Source: Tubulanus polymorphus (taxonomy: Eukaryota; Animalia; Nemertea). From it: 64,000 nt of DNA. The position numbers were made by a program, and so were the translations under genes. The stretch spans positions 21,942,950-22,006,949 of the forward strand of contig NC_134029.1 in NCBI RefSeq assembly GCF_964204645.1. The letters run 5' to 3'. Positions 11,801-26,800 of the stretch are shown here, piece after piece. The notes below the pieces were generated by a model. It made no database searches. It saw nothing but the letters and a program-made list of their open reading frames with translations, and had not been told where the DNA came from. Position 1 is the stretch's first letter. The number at the start of each line of letters is the position of its first letter.

Positions 11801-14800
11801 TGAGGTGTTCAACAGTATTAGTATTATTCAAGAGTTTATTGCTTGTACCAAGATTGTAACACAAATGCATTATTTGGTTTAGTAGATTAACAATGTTCTA
11901 GTCACGAAAGTTCAAACTCGTAAGGTTTATCCTAATTTACGGATTATTTCGATTTTCAGCGTGAAGATAATGATAACGAAGATACCGGTACTATAGCCCT
12001 GAGAACGAGGTCGCGTTTACCGCTGAAGGAAACACGTTTAGAGGATATCGAGTCTCACTTCGTCGCGCCGGATATAACACCGGATATGTACGACACATCG
12101 ACTTGTTACGACGATGACTGGTCGGACTTTCTAACGAGTTTAATGAAATCTGGTAGATTCTATTCATTGATTTTCCATTGAAAATTTTAGAATTAATACG
12201 AATGTTTCTACCTTGAAATATCCTTGAAAAGGTTAAGTAGTTTTTTGAATCTGTATTTTACATTATTTGCTGCAGAGCTTGGACCGCAAGATGGCAATGA
12301 TACCCTCGACGATGATGCCGATCCAGAGTATAACTTTTTAGCTGACGTTGAAGATGTCGACTGGGAAGATTTTCGAGATGACAGAGCTGTGCGAGTTTCC
12401 AGTAAGATAAAAACATTCTGATTTCAAACATTTGCAGTGCCCAGTTCCACAGTTGTGAGTTGCGAGTTTAACTCTGAGTTAAAGTTAGTTCATTTTCAAT
12501 GAGTTAACTCAGAGTCAAATCTTAACTCAGAACTGTGAGACTGGACCCAGAAAAGTTTATCAAAAAACAATTTCAATTCATGATTAATATGTTTTTATAG
12601 AGAAAGAGGTCAATGAATTGTTGGATGAGTTAATTGATGCTTATGAAGCTCAGAATCATGGAAATTTCGCTGATGAAGAACCGACTCCTGTGCAAAATGA
12701 TATCGTTGATCCAAGTGACTCTCGTAATATGTTCAACTGTCCGCCTCCTTTGAAGTGAGATCATTATTCAGCTTTTCACCGACAATTCAATGATTTATAA
12801 TACTTCAGTTTTCTGAATGATGTTGTTACGATGTTCTTTCAGTTTCACGCCTTCAGCGCAGAGATACTTGCTGATACCGATTCCTCCTGATCCACCGCCT
12901 CCTCCTCCTCCTGTGGAACCCATCTGTCCAAATGTAATACACGTTGCTCCATTAGTACAACAAAATCAAACAGACTGTGATGATAACGGATATACGTTTA
13001 CCGAATTCGAAGCGTTGAAATTACAGGAACAGCTTCGCCAGGTACGGTGCCTGTAATATCCGTGTCAATCCATTCTGATACAAACGCTCTAACATCCTCG
13101 CTGCATAATGTAACAAACACAATTTTATCAACGATATCTTTATTTCTGATCGACAGCACGTTCAGTTATTGTTTCAAGTAAATGTATTGACCCGTGAAGT
13201 GAGCGGATATGAAGGCGAATGTCAAACCACTGCCTTGTATTTGGTATGTACAAACTGATAAGTTACTCGGATGATTTTCTCTGCTTTTCTCCTGATCAAG
13301 TTTCTCGAAACATCAGAAGTTATGTTATTAAATCAGCGAGTCTGAGGGAAACGCTTATACGTCCTGACTGAATAACATGGTTTATTCGGGGTTCGAACCC
13401 AGCACCTCTCGCCCTACCCACCGAGACAGAACAGCTTATCTGAAATATCACCATTTTAATCGGAATAATATTTCTTTTCAGGCCGAAATAGAAAAACTAG
13501 AATGTCTTTCAAAACGCATCAATGTTTCTTCATTCTTTGATGTGTACAACTTACCAATGGCTTTAGAAACTGTTCGGCGCATTCCGAACAACAAACGTAT
13601 ATTACCTCCTACGCAAAGAGTTAGAACGCGATCTAAGTTAAGAGGTAACTCACTGCTCATCTTACTTCAAAGCGAACCTCGGTATCCGTTAAAAATCAGT
13701 GAAAATTCGATATTCTGGATGCACTGAATATGCCTGTCTCATGATTTTTAGGTGGTGTTAGAATTGATATTTTACCTGAAGAACATGTACATTTTTTTGC
13801 GACCCATCGAGCGTGCGTTTACCCTAAACTAATGCCCGTTGTGAAACTTATTTTGCCGGATGTACCCATAAAAACCAAACTATCATTTTTCCCGGCAGAA
13901 AACAAGTGAGTCTGATTTTATTTAGAGAATGTTGTTTTTGGATTGGAAGTTTTCTGTGTATTGTCGTTTTGTCAATGAATTTTTCAGCCTGATTGTCCTG
14001 GGAATATCACAACTTTCCGAAAAGAGCACGATGAGCGAACAAGCTAAATTCATCCACGAATATTTGATGCCAGTTAAAAGTGAGAAAGATATCAAAAGTC
14101 ATATTCGGCATATGAAGTGGAAGAAAAATAATCCGATACAGGTAAAAATTTAGTACACTTGATAAATTATTCTGAGTTAATGGGATTCGAACCTTCTGTA
14201 ATATCTGTATGTGGATTTGGAAGTAAGGATTGAGTATTCTCCACATGACCTTCATTGATTTGAATTTATACTAATTTTCGTTCTGCTAAATCGAAATTTG
14301 CGGTTTTTACCGCTAATTTGCGAATATAATTAGAGCGGCAAATGGGATTGCTGCTGACAAACTGTTCTTCATTATTGTGCTGAGGTAATCAGACTGCTCA
14401 TAACGCCATCCGTCCTGATTGATGAGCCATGTCATTCGTTTAGACTTTGGCTAGTCTTATAGTTATATAGATTTTTTAGAGGACTTTCGGACTACTCCAC
14501 TTCAAGAGTAGAAATGCTTGCCAACGATCCTCACCCGCTGCCAATAAAGACATCTATCTGTTGGCGTGGACTTAAGCCAAGACGTGGTTTACAGACTATT
14601 GTGATATTTCTGATATATCTGATATTTCTATTAGGTTTCAAACAGTCCGTAAATAGTTGATAAAATGCCTTTCATTGTTGATCGATGTTGAATTCGTTTT
14701 AAGTTGATCTACGTTTATGCAGTTTATCAACCTTATGCATTAATTTGTACGTAAAGAATTTACAAGATGCAGCATGCGATCAAAATAAAGGGCATTCCAG

Positions 14801-17800
14801 TTGACTAGCTACTACAAAAACTGAAGTTCACCAGGCCTGCTCTTGGTCTGATTATTACAAACCAGACCAAAGAATCTTTGACTAAGGATTTTTTGATCAT
14901 CCACTTGCTTAAATATTTCAATTAAGGCCGGACCTAGTTAGTTACCCAATCATTGGTGGTAAGCTTTTGTAATGGGATGGGCTTAAACCAACGTGAAAAT
15001 ATCCGATCGTGAAACTTAACCACAGACAGGTTACTGATTAGACCCGACCCAGATGGATGAAATTGTCTTGAAATCCTGAAACAAAGTGTACAGGTTTTTG
15101 TAGCTGATTATTTATTTTCAGGCTTACAAGGATTTCAAACAATTACCGCCGGTTGATCAAAGTTTTCAGATATTTGATCCGAATAAAGTGAAGTTAGCCA
15201 TCGAATACGATGAGGAAGAATTCCCTCAGTGGATACGGGTAATGATTTCCAACGAAAATGATTTAAATACGAAGAGTTTGAACGTTTGTTTTTTTTTTTT
15301 TTTTACTTCGAAAATTTTGACTGCTTTTTCTTCCAGTCGGCGATATCGGTGAAGAAACAGATTCTTAAGTTTGGACGACGGCGCGTCAATCTCCGAACGT
15401 CTGCCAAATCAAATAAGTCGAAACAACAAAGCAATAAACCAAATTCATCTAGTCAGGTTAGTGAAAAAAACCCATTCTGTTTTCATTACTCAGTTGCACA
15501 GTTTTCTGTTTGAGTTAAACTAACATCTGCCCGTAGTTTAAGAACTGGAACTGCTATAAGCTTAAGTTTTTTCGCTTCATGTCCATAGATAGCTAGATAT
15601 GTATTTTCTCATTATGTCTGATGAAGCCTTTATATTTACTTTCCGATTTGTTATTATTTCAGAGTCCAACAGTTAGTGAACTGATCAGTCAGACACAGTC
15701 TTCAAGAGAATTACCCTCTTCGACTGTTAAAACGTGTGAGATGTCGACTCAGACTGTCAATGAGTGAGTTCTTTATGAAACTTAAATGCTTTGTCTGAGT
15801 TCAAAAGTAATGGTTGAATTATTACCAGCGATAACCAAACCCACAAAATAACCAAAATATCACTGAAAATATGTTGTATTGAATTGGTTTTGCCACTATG
15901 ACTGTCTTAAATGTTAGAACAAAGCATCTATACTCTAATTTATTTGGGGTGGCCAAGGGCCTCCTTAATCCTCCTATTCATCCAAAACTTATGGAATCTT
16001 TGTTTAAAAAAAGTATCTGTTCCATAATGTACTCGACATCATTGGTGATTACGTTGATTTTGTTCTAATTTCAGCAATGTACAGGCGCCTCCTCAGCCAA
16101 CTGCCGAACGGACTATATCTCCAAATATCGAGATTCATCAGGAGAATATGAGTTTAACGCTGATGTCGTCCAGTAACCACGTCATAGATCAACCAAACAC
16201 TATGGATAGTACGGAGCAGCACGTTGAATCAGGCAATGTCTCTATTACTGATAACGATGTAAACTCCGCTGATATCGAATTCAACAATGTCGTTCGCGAC
16301 GAAAGTCGTCCGATTAGCGGACAATCATCATCGGTTATAGAACCAAGCGTTGATAGTCGGGTAGACGACCGAGATTTTCTGGATAACGCCGCGTTGTCGG
16401 AAAACTTTACGGAAGATCCTGATACGTTATTAGGTCACAGTCGTAAATGCGAAGCAGATTCCTCGAGTAACGATGCCGTAGTCCAGAAATCGTCTCAAAC
16501 TCTGGTACAGTCACCGCCGGCGCCACCGCCTGTTATGATTGTGAACTCGTCTCCGAATGTTGCGACGAATTTGTCGGGATCGACTTCTTCTGATACGGAG
16601 AATCAGGCATCGACTTCTAGTCCCGTAGCGCCATCTACGCCGCAACAACAGCAATGTATTCCAGTCGTTAGCATTTTTGTCACACCGGAAAAGTTCCCGG
16701 CTGATTCTACATCCGGTAATACACCGATTCAGAATTCTTCAGATTCTCCCGAATATATGATGCATCTAGTGACTCCGCCCGATAAGAGTAGAGTCACCGT
16801 CTCTCTGCAGGGTGTACCTGCGTCTGCTTTAACCACACCGGAATCAACGCCCTCTAAAACCCGACGCATCGTTCCGAAATCTCCCGTCGCCAGTACTGTT
16901 CCAACCGTGTCGCCGTTTTTGGATAAAATCGCCAAGAGTCCGAAACGCGCGAATCTTCGCCAGAAAGTGCGCGCGATCGTGCCGAAGGGTTTTCCGTACA
17001 GCCTACACGCGGTGTCGCCTACGAAAATGGCGGCCGATAACATAAAATCGAGATTGCGTAAATCGCGACAACGACTCAGTTATAATACGGGTAGTCCTAC
17101 GAAACACGCATCGGTCCTGCACAAAAGTCAGCCGGTTCCGATCTTACCAAAACCTCTCGGACGCGGTATGCATCTCCTTTCTCAGTCTACTGCTGAAAGT
17201 CAGACAAATAGAAAAGGTAAGTTAACTTTAATTCGGCCGGGTGTAAGAACATACACACAAAACTCTTATTCACAACTGGTGAATGGTCATTTGGATTGAA
17301 TTGTTTTACAGATGATAGCGACAGTGAAAGTGATCACGGAAATGATCATCAAGATGATCATATCGCGGAATTACTAGCGGCTAGTTCAACTATTCGGTAA
17401 TTATCATAGATGAGCTGCTTGTATTCAATGTAAGATGTATCATGTCCTGTTAGATGTAAAAATTGTGGATTTCTGTACAGAATATCACCGAAAAAGAAGA
17501 AGATCGGTCGCAGTCGTCGAGAGGATATCATCAAAGCAATTACAGCTGACGATCTCGTGGACTCTGATCATATGGTATGTACAATAAAAACATGGTTGCA
17601 TAGTAAAAACACGCTTCGTTAAGACTTTCTAGGATATAGAAGATCTATGATGGTCGTCTTAAGAGTTCCATGTTGTATAATTATATTAAGAGCAGACATA
17701 AAACAATATCTCAATTGAAGTGATCTTCTTCTGTGCTTCGTTGAAGGTACAACAAAATTTCAAAAAGCTTCTCTCTCTCTTTTAAAGCGGGATGAACGCG

Positions 17801-20800
17801 ATAAAGCATTCGCCAACGCTTACATGAAGAAAGTTAAAGATACTCTCAAGGACGAAAAAGAAGTTTATGAAAAGTTTCTCGTGTTATTGTCGAAATTCGG
17901 TGACAGTTCCGGATCACCGGTGCAAGTAAGTCGCAGGCGCGAATATTCGTCAACTGCGTTAATGCTTTTCTCATTACTTACCGCGTGTTATAATTAGAAT
18001 TCCCTCGAGGATATCGCCTAGAATGTTTACCTTATTCTGAAATCTTTCATGTTCACATGATTCGAGCAGCTAAAGGTGTCATTTGGTACTTCGACAAAGT
18101 ACTGGTTATTATCATTTGTTTGATATCGCCTTGTCAAATATTTCAAAAGTGCTTGTAATTAATTAACTGCTAGATCTAAAAAGACATGTGAGCTTACATT
18201 GTCGAATAACATGAATCGGATTCCGAAGAAATATACCAAAAAAACCCACTTTTTTAAGGTGATAGAAGAGATGCTTAGGATATTATTTTACTGGTACTTC
18301 TGATAACTTTCATAGCACGGAAAATCATTGTATTATCTGAGTAAATGGGACATTATTTCAGGAATCGTCCCGTAATGTTCAAAGAATAAAAAAACGACAT
18401 CCGTATCAAACACGCGGTACATTTATTCGCACGGATTCAGTTCGTTTCCTCATTTCACATCGGGAATCCATATTTTGTTGAGAATCAGCAGAGATAACTC
18501 CTCTTTCTGCGCGTAATTCTTTGACTATTATCTCTCGAATATGCATGACTACCAAAATCTCCTTTAATGTAATATCCACTATCTGTATTAAGCTTTGATT
18601 AGCGCGTTTACCTGCTCGGTTTTAAACGTACTTGACGACGTCATCAATTGTTCGTGGTGGCCACTTACCTGGAAAACTCGCGTAATCAGAAAAATCTGGA
18701 AAGAATCTGGGAAGTTTTACCAAAAACCTAAGATCTTCACCGCGTGTTTCTTTATCAGTACGTGATTCAATGAAAATTGAATTAATTACATCGTTTTAAA
18801 CCTAGAAATTTCTCGGATTCACTCGGGGTATTTGTGTAAGTGGTCGCCCTGCGTATGCTTTTGCGCTCATTAGATTTTCTCAAACGCTCGAGGAGTTTGT
18901 GATACAATCCTTCAGGGCTTTTGATTTGTAAAGGAAAAACTCGTAAAAAGCTGGTTTTTTTAAGCGAAAGCAGATATTCTTGTTTGTTAGATACAGAATC
19001 AATTGTCTTCCGTGTGGCTTTCATCGAAGCCAGTTGAGTTGTTTTTGAACTGGGAGCTTTGAAGTTGATATCGTTGATTCTTGTTCGTTTTGATATACTA
19101 GACCTGACCTAGCTGTCAATCGGTAATACAATTGGAGCGTGGAAATGAGCAATAAATAGTATTCGGGAATACCGTAAGTGAACAAGCCCTGAGTACACAC
19201 CGGTCCAGTCACTCATTGTCCCCCAGATGCCAATGCTAAGAGGCGCATAGTCCACTAGTGGTTAAAAGGCCACGCATATACTTTTCAACTAAAATCGCTG
19301 TGATAATGCTTTACCCTGTGTGGTATATTTTAACTGTAACAGCATTCGTGCATGTGAGCTACTTTGTCAAATGGTCCTATTTATGATTCTTTCCCATCTT
19401 TTGACGGACCAAAACGGCAGTAAGTTAGAAAATATGGCCAACAATGCGCAATATTCTTTTTTCATTCGTTGGAAATTTCATCATCTCTTCGAAACGTCTG
19501 TTGCTGACACTGCCTGTTATTTAGGTTTAGTTGAAGCCTGCTACATACTTTAATCATGATGATGTTTTTGACGCAATAAGTTCTCTTAAGACAGTGTCCT
19601 GGGGACACGCGGTTTTTCTTTTATTTCATTTTTTTTAGGCCATTTGCGTGTTTAGAAAAGCGCAGTTAACTATGGCGCAGTTTTCTCTGTGCTTTTGTAA
19701 ATGGAAAGGAAATTAATGTCCCTAAGATGCTGTTGTAAAAAAATAGAAGTTTCTGGCGTCGCACTAGCGGTTTGGTTAAGCGCGACTAGCGCCAAATGAG
19801 ACGATACATTTCACTTGATGTGAATAAATAAAGGATTTCTTGTTGTTCGTTCTCGTTTCTGTATTCGACGTGCGGACTTTTGATGATAAATTGTTTCGAC
19901 GAATTTTTGCCGTGGCTGAAAAGAATGTATAAATGCATATGTATATCGGAGACGTTGCTCGAATTTAGATGCGAGGTTTATTATTCCTTTCATAGGATTC
20001 AGACCACAACGCGCTGTTGATTTCGATGCCTATCTTATGTTATTCGATGGATCGCTAAGAAATCTGATTATTTTTCTCTCGGTTTCGTTTGATTCTTAGA
20101 TTTATACAAATGTATTGTATATATATATATATAAGTTCTCCATCGGAATCAAGCGGTTCGCTCATTGGTAATTCCCTCGGGCAAACCAAGTTGCTTACGG
20201 TTCAGCTTTACCTATTTTGAACTTGTTTCATCGTAAACTTTCCACTGTAAGGTTACTTAAAAATCTTTCTACGCTTATTTAGTGACAACCTTCCTGCCCG
20301 ATTAATTGCCGGCTTAGTCGACCTTGGATTGCAGAAAGCCGCAATCACACGAGTGTTTTCCCCTTGTAACAGATAAGCGTTCACACTGGTACGAAATGGA
20401 TTCATGCCTGTTCGATATGAGTCAGATTTTACCTGACCAAAAATGGCGTACCAGGCCCATGGCAAATCTTGGCACGGGTCAAATTATATTGACCAGATGC
20501 TAAAAAATGATTCTGTAAATGATTCACCTCACTTGCCAAAGTATCGTTTTGATAGCGTTTTAGTATCGAGTGAGTGATTTACGTGTGAATGCGCTCTCTA
20601 ATTGAGCACGGGCCAAATTTGACTCGCGCCTGAGCTTAATTGTCTCCAAGTGATTGCAACTTAAATGAATATGGTGCATTTAGGCCACTCATTAAGAAGA
20701 CGCTCAGTGGGTTGAGTATATCAAAGACTCTTAAAGACCATGGTGGCCGGAGAGCTGTCCGAATGAATTTGTTTCGGAAATTTCTACTCTAATATCTGAA

Positions 20801-23800
20801 TGAAGCTTAAGAGTTGCGCTCAGACCACTGATACATTTATCCAGTGTGTATAATGGTGCCTTTGTTCCAGCCTTTGTGTGATTCAAATGAATATTTTATC
20901 GAATTACGTCTAAAAGATGATACACGATTTTGCCGACGTTTTCTACATTTTCGAAGAAGAAATGTTTAATATTGCATGCTTCGGCTTCCGAAATGAGACC
21001 ACGGTTTCGTAATTATCTCGCAGCAAAAAAAAAACATGAAAAATTTCATTGCTTTCTTTCTCCGTCGCATGGATTCAGACGAGCAGATATTTTTCGTTTA
21101 CCGCCACCGAAGAATTTCTCCCAAGATAAAGAATTTTAAGCGAGAAATTCTTTTTATTTGTTTGTTTTTTCATCGTCGATGTTAAACTGACGTTTTTCAT
21201 CCGTTGTCGTTTATTCTGAAGCCGAGTTCACGCTACATCATTTAGCCACATTCTGTATAGCCACGATCACGCGAGCTTTTTTGGCCTGTGCCGAGTTTTT
21301 TTTTGGCCTGTGCCGAGTTTTTTTTTGGCCTGTGCCGAGTTTTTTTTTTTGGCCTGTGCCGAGTTTTAGCCAAATTTAAGCACGGGTCAAAACGATTGTG
21401 TTTGAATTGCAACTGGTTCCGGAGGTGACTCACTTCGCTTTGTTTGAGCATTGTTTAGTATCGAGAGAGTGGTTTACTTGCGAACGCACTTTCTAAAAAT
21501 AGACGCGGGCAAAATTTAACTCGGGGGTCTGATTCGTGCCAATTTGGCCCGGGTCAAATCGTCTCCGTGTGATCGCCGAGCGTGTGATCCGATAACTAGC
21601 CATGACTTCAGATCTCGGAATGAGTTTCGATGATCTACGGATGCTGGTGATCGACAGTGAGTTCATTTTTCACTTGAAAGCCACTCGTGCTTTCAAGATG
21701 TTTTTCAGGCTGTTCGAGATTACTTCGAGACATTGTGAATGAGATAGAGAACGCCTGAGGGATATTTCTGAATATCTCACTACGCGACTGATTGCGTCTT
21801 CTTTCCGTATAGAAAATACGCGTCTGTCGATTATTGAAAACGTCTGAAATGGGGGTTTTTTTTATACCTGTATCGTAAGTGAATTGTGATGTAATTCGTT
21901 TCGAATAGCCGCAAAGAAATCCATCGTTGCCGATGCGCGCCTTGTTCGCGGAATATTTTTCAGCTTCTCGACAACAAGTCGACGCAACAAAACTGGTTTA
22001 ATCCAGACCACTGATTGAATAAATCCAGTTGATGTGAAATCCAGATCTGGATAAGATTTTCTACATAGATTCAACGCAGTTTCCCCTCGGTGCCGGTTAC
22101 ATTGGGAAAAAATTGACAGTTCTTTTGAATGATATATCCCGGTTTGGAATTATTTGGGAATTACGGTAGATGAATTTTCCTCTATAATCCGGGAAATATT
22201 TTGGAAAATTATTTTACACTTTGTGTAGCATTTCCTTAGAGCAACTTTCTTCTGAAATACTTTGAATTTTATTTTAAACTGTGCGAACCATGATTCCAGC
22301 TAAATCCGGATTTAATATACTTTAATATCTAGCATATTAAACCCCTATCTATAAACAGGTATTATACAACTCCTGGATGCTGTTTTTGAGCATCAAGGCT
22401 TCACCTAATGTTCTCATCCAGGACCTTTCTCACCCCACACATGAACTGAAAAACGACTGCAAATGCCAGACAATGATCAGATCAATTCTTTAAGGATTAA
22501 TTCAACATCTCGAAGTTTATTGATACTAATATTATATAAGGCATATCAGGTTTAACATAAGTGGGCAATAGTTGAACAATATCGACAGTTTACGAAATAA
22601 TATTTGATACTGTTACAATATGTTAATAATGACATAATCAATATGTATAACATAATTCACATATTCATGATGAATGGTATATGGAGGTAGAGCGATTAAT
22701 CGAATGCCATTAGTTCATCCGACAGTGTTAACTTATTCAAAATCAATTTGAAAACCCGGCTTTTCCCGTGGAGGAAGAACTTTGAACGTGATTATACGTG
22801 GAAAGTTGCGTTTAAACGGTTCAAATCATTACGACTAGGATATTATTATCATAACAGTATCCTGTCAATCCATTAGCGCGAGTAATTTCGCTGAATTTAA
22901 AAGTTAATCTCGGATTTCACAGTTTGGAGTACCGTATCATACGTGTAGTTGTGCAATAGAAAAGTGGAATAATTTGTTATTGTTTAATCTGTAGCGGAAA
23001 ATTTTCGATATCAATTATAAAACTTTTAGGAGAATGATGAATGAGAAATTGTTAACCACCTGCGGCATGCAGCGCTATTAGATCCTGTATCTTCTCTATA
23101 CAATCTGTTTTTTATTCAGAGTCCCGACGACTCCTTGATTCCTTCAAAACAGAAAATGCTTTCGAAGGTGCTTGGAACTCCTTTATTTCGAGTAAAATAC
23201 CTAAAACAAACCTCCATTTGATAAAACCGTATCAATTTTGAAATAAACAATTTGAAATTTTTGTCTTGTTTGTAGTTGTACAGTAGACTACGCCTTAATC
23301 AGTGCAGTTGGGACCAGGATTGTTTGTTACCCAATTAGGCGGTTACCAAATTAAAAACTGAGTTTAGATAGACTTGCTTACAAAAACACCAAAAGCAATT
23401 TACAGTCAGAATTAGAGTTTAGGTAATGTATAGGATAAAACTTTGCTTACAAACTCGCATGTTTTACCGAGATAAACAGTTCAGCTGAACACTATGTACA
23501 GTTCCAATATGAAATTGACTATCAGCTCTTATTAACAGAGTTTTAAAACAAAACATGTTTCACAAATACGATTCATTGCAACAAAATTCATAATACAATC
23601 AAGTGACAAAATAAATGCCAAAATGACCATTAGAAATACGTCACGTTGTTCTCTTTCTGGTAACTCCTCGTCACCGTGTGAACGGTCTGATACAGTATCT
23701 AGCTATGTCTTATGAAAGCTAACTACATGCTATGAAAAAAATAGTGCGTAAATAGTTTTTCTGGTGACACGGAAATAGCAGGAAAGAAGGCGAGGTAAGT

Positions 23801-26800
23801 TTTAAAAGAAACCAATCGGTGCCCGGTCTCGTAAATCGATTATGTCATTTGAATCGGACAAGTAATTCGGTACGTACTCATTACCTGACTTGAGGCAACA
23901 AGTCACGAGTTGCTCTTCCGGATCTGTGTTCGGTTACTGTCATAGCTGTCATATCGGAAACAAGATTGGTAGTTCGCCGAGTTCAGTGTGCAAGTCATGT
24001 GATCTTCATTAGTCAAATACACGCCGCGTGTCATCGCGACGTTTGGAAAAAAAATGTAAGAGAATTCGTTCGCAGAAAACCTGCGGGAAACTTGGCCGGA
24101 AATGAATTTGATCGCATGAAAGGATGCAAGAAAATGAGCAAAACTCACCGTTGATGATTTAACTGATTTATCGCGATAGTTTCGAGGTTTTGAAAAAACC
24201 CTCAGAATAAACGGTTAAATCATCAGCTCTGCGACCTTGTCTTACTCTTCTCTTTGCCGATGATTTCAGAGAGCAGGGTCAATTGTTCCCGTGGCTGTGT
24301 TTGTTAATCCGTCTGCGGTCATCAATATTAATAACAGACGCTGTAAACAGCTTCGGTTAATCTGACCGTAGAGATCTTATTGCCAGTGATTCTTATTTCA
24401 TGCCCGCGCAGCTGGATGATTTCATCGCCAAAGGCCTTGTATTCCCTTTGGCCTTCATAATCCAGAGCTCGTCGTCAGATGAACTCATATTGTTTTTTGA
24501 TGTACCCGCTGACGAGTCGCGAAAGCTAATAAATTGAAATTGATGCGCTGATACTTTTCCCCGGGTGCTGTCGAATGTCACATTGCTGATTGAATAAAAC
24601 ACATCGGATTACTGTAGATGGAAAACCGATTAAATTCGCGATAAAACCTCGAGGAAGGTTTAAGAAAAAGATTCTTTTCACTTTTTCATGAACGTACTTA
24701 TTGGGTCCGATTTAAAGATGCATTTTTTTTTTCATGATGAAGGCGAATATGAAATGATAGAAAAGTTTAGTGCGAAGGCTGGATGATTGCACGGGTTCAA
24801 AGACTAATGACTAGATGCTCGAATGTTCGTCGACGTTCATTTCAATGCAGTTTATGAAATAATCGATTTTGAAAACTGATCGAGAACCAGTGGTGAATAA
24901 GATTAACAGTCTTATGATCGCGTTCAATTAGCAGTTTACAATCGACAAATGGATACACAGTTGTTTTAATGGAATGCTCATTAAGTTCATTAACTGTTTC
25001 GATTGAAGTGTTACTTTTGAGAAAACGTTGAAATATTCATCTCATCTGAGCGCGGTGCTGAATACTACTACCTGTGATCATTGATTACCTGCTTCCCGTC
25101 TTATATGGGAACGTCTCGTTACAGTTTGGTGGTTACATATGTATTATTCATAGTTTCCATTGATGATTAGGCCTTTTTTTGCAAAGTTATTTGGAGTACG
25201 GAGGGCGAAGTGAAAAACGATGAAAATTTTAAAAATCTTTTATCATTTAAGTATTTTCCACGTAAAACTTCGAAATGACTGCAGAAAAAGTAAAAAAGAA
25301 GGATGAATTTGATTCAAACGATGGGAGAAATGAAAAATCACGAGATTGAAAATTGAGGTCAGCAACTTTTACGAGATACTAGATTGAAATCAAGATGGAC
25401 AAAACTTTTTTTTTCATTGAAAATTGATGATGGGAAGACAAAAGACTAAAAAGGAAAACATTTTTTGCAGAAGTCTAGGAGGTGGATGCGTACTCCAAGT
25501 AATGAGAAAAGGCCTAACTAATTGATTAAGTCTGGCTATGTTCAGAGACCATACTGATACGACCGGTCAGTGAACTGAACGATACTCTCGTGTTCTGGGT
25601 GACCGACGCCGTAGCGGACATGCGTCGACGTTCGCGCGCGTATTTATAAATCGAAACCAACGTCTGACGAAATTTACGCCCGGACGCGCAATAAAGGTAG
25701 AAATTCACGCAGTGATTTACGTAAAGTAGTAACGTCGTCGCCGCTTTCGTTATCTTTACTCGTCGCCGCTGTTCCCGAGTCGTGACGTCGGTTACCATTC
25801 GTACGATCATGTAAATACAGTTCGGCGCGGACAGAACTAGAAATATAGTCGTCACGACGAGTAACATCAACGTTAAATGCCAGCTCGACGTCGTGATGTG
25901 GTTACGCTGTTTGTTGGACCGACGATTAGTCGTCGCGACGTTCTGCAGGTCGATGTCGTTGTTGGAGTTGGCGTACAGGTTCCTCCTGACGCGCCACGCG
26001 ACGAACATGTCCTGCACGATGATGATATTGAAAACGAGCAGCATCAAAAACGGCACGAACGAATAAAACACGGCGTCGACGATCGGCCAGACGCGATGGT
26101 GGAAATTCGAAAACTCTCTACGCGGTATGCAATACTTTCCGCACGGGTTTACGAGCAATTCCATCGTCCAGAAAAGGTGCATATTGAGACCGACGTCGAT
26201 GACGGCGAGTAGCAGCAATACTTTCTTAATTCGCGATATCGTGCTGAGTTGGATCGCTCGCAGCGGGCTGTGCACGGCTAGAAACCGGTCGACCGTCATC
26301 GCGACGAGTATCCACGTCGCGAAGTCGAACGTCCAATAGTTGACGAACGACATCGTCTTACATCCGGCGTCGCTGACCTGGTTCAAGTCGAAGCCTGTCA
26401 GAAAATAGATCCATTTGCGTAGACCGTTGAGATAGAGAACGGCCGTGTCGGCGACTGCTAGTATCGCCATGTAGAAATACGTGCCCGTTTGACGCATCGT
26501 TCTCTGACACAGAACGATCAACGAAATCGTGTTTCCGATTGTTCCGATTATTATGATTATCGGTAACCCGTATACGTAGATTTGTCTGAATTCGGGAATA
26601 TCGGCGATCACCGGGCAGTTAATCGTAGCGTTGCTACGGTTGTCGATACCGTCGTTGCTGTAGACGACCGATGGTTTCCGAGTCGCCGCGTCGCCGCACG
26701 AAACGAAAGTCAAGAAACCGAACAATTGTACGACGATATCAATCGGATTCATCGTTCTGATCTAACTGACTGAACCGTCAAATCGCGAAGATCGTTTTAC

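Noticed and set aside
11886-11924. Possible extra GON4L micro-exon
   Set aside because: One donor breaks the frame and the other leaves an implausibly short ~35-nt intron.
13380-13432. tRNA gene
   Set aside because: Only a B box and weak A box; no acceptor stem or cloverleaf, so treated as a SINE relic.
18655-18680. Minus-strand TTTTCCAG|GTAAGT recursive-splice-like site
   Set aside because: It lies within the end of a repeated transposon family and downstream of the GPCR stop.
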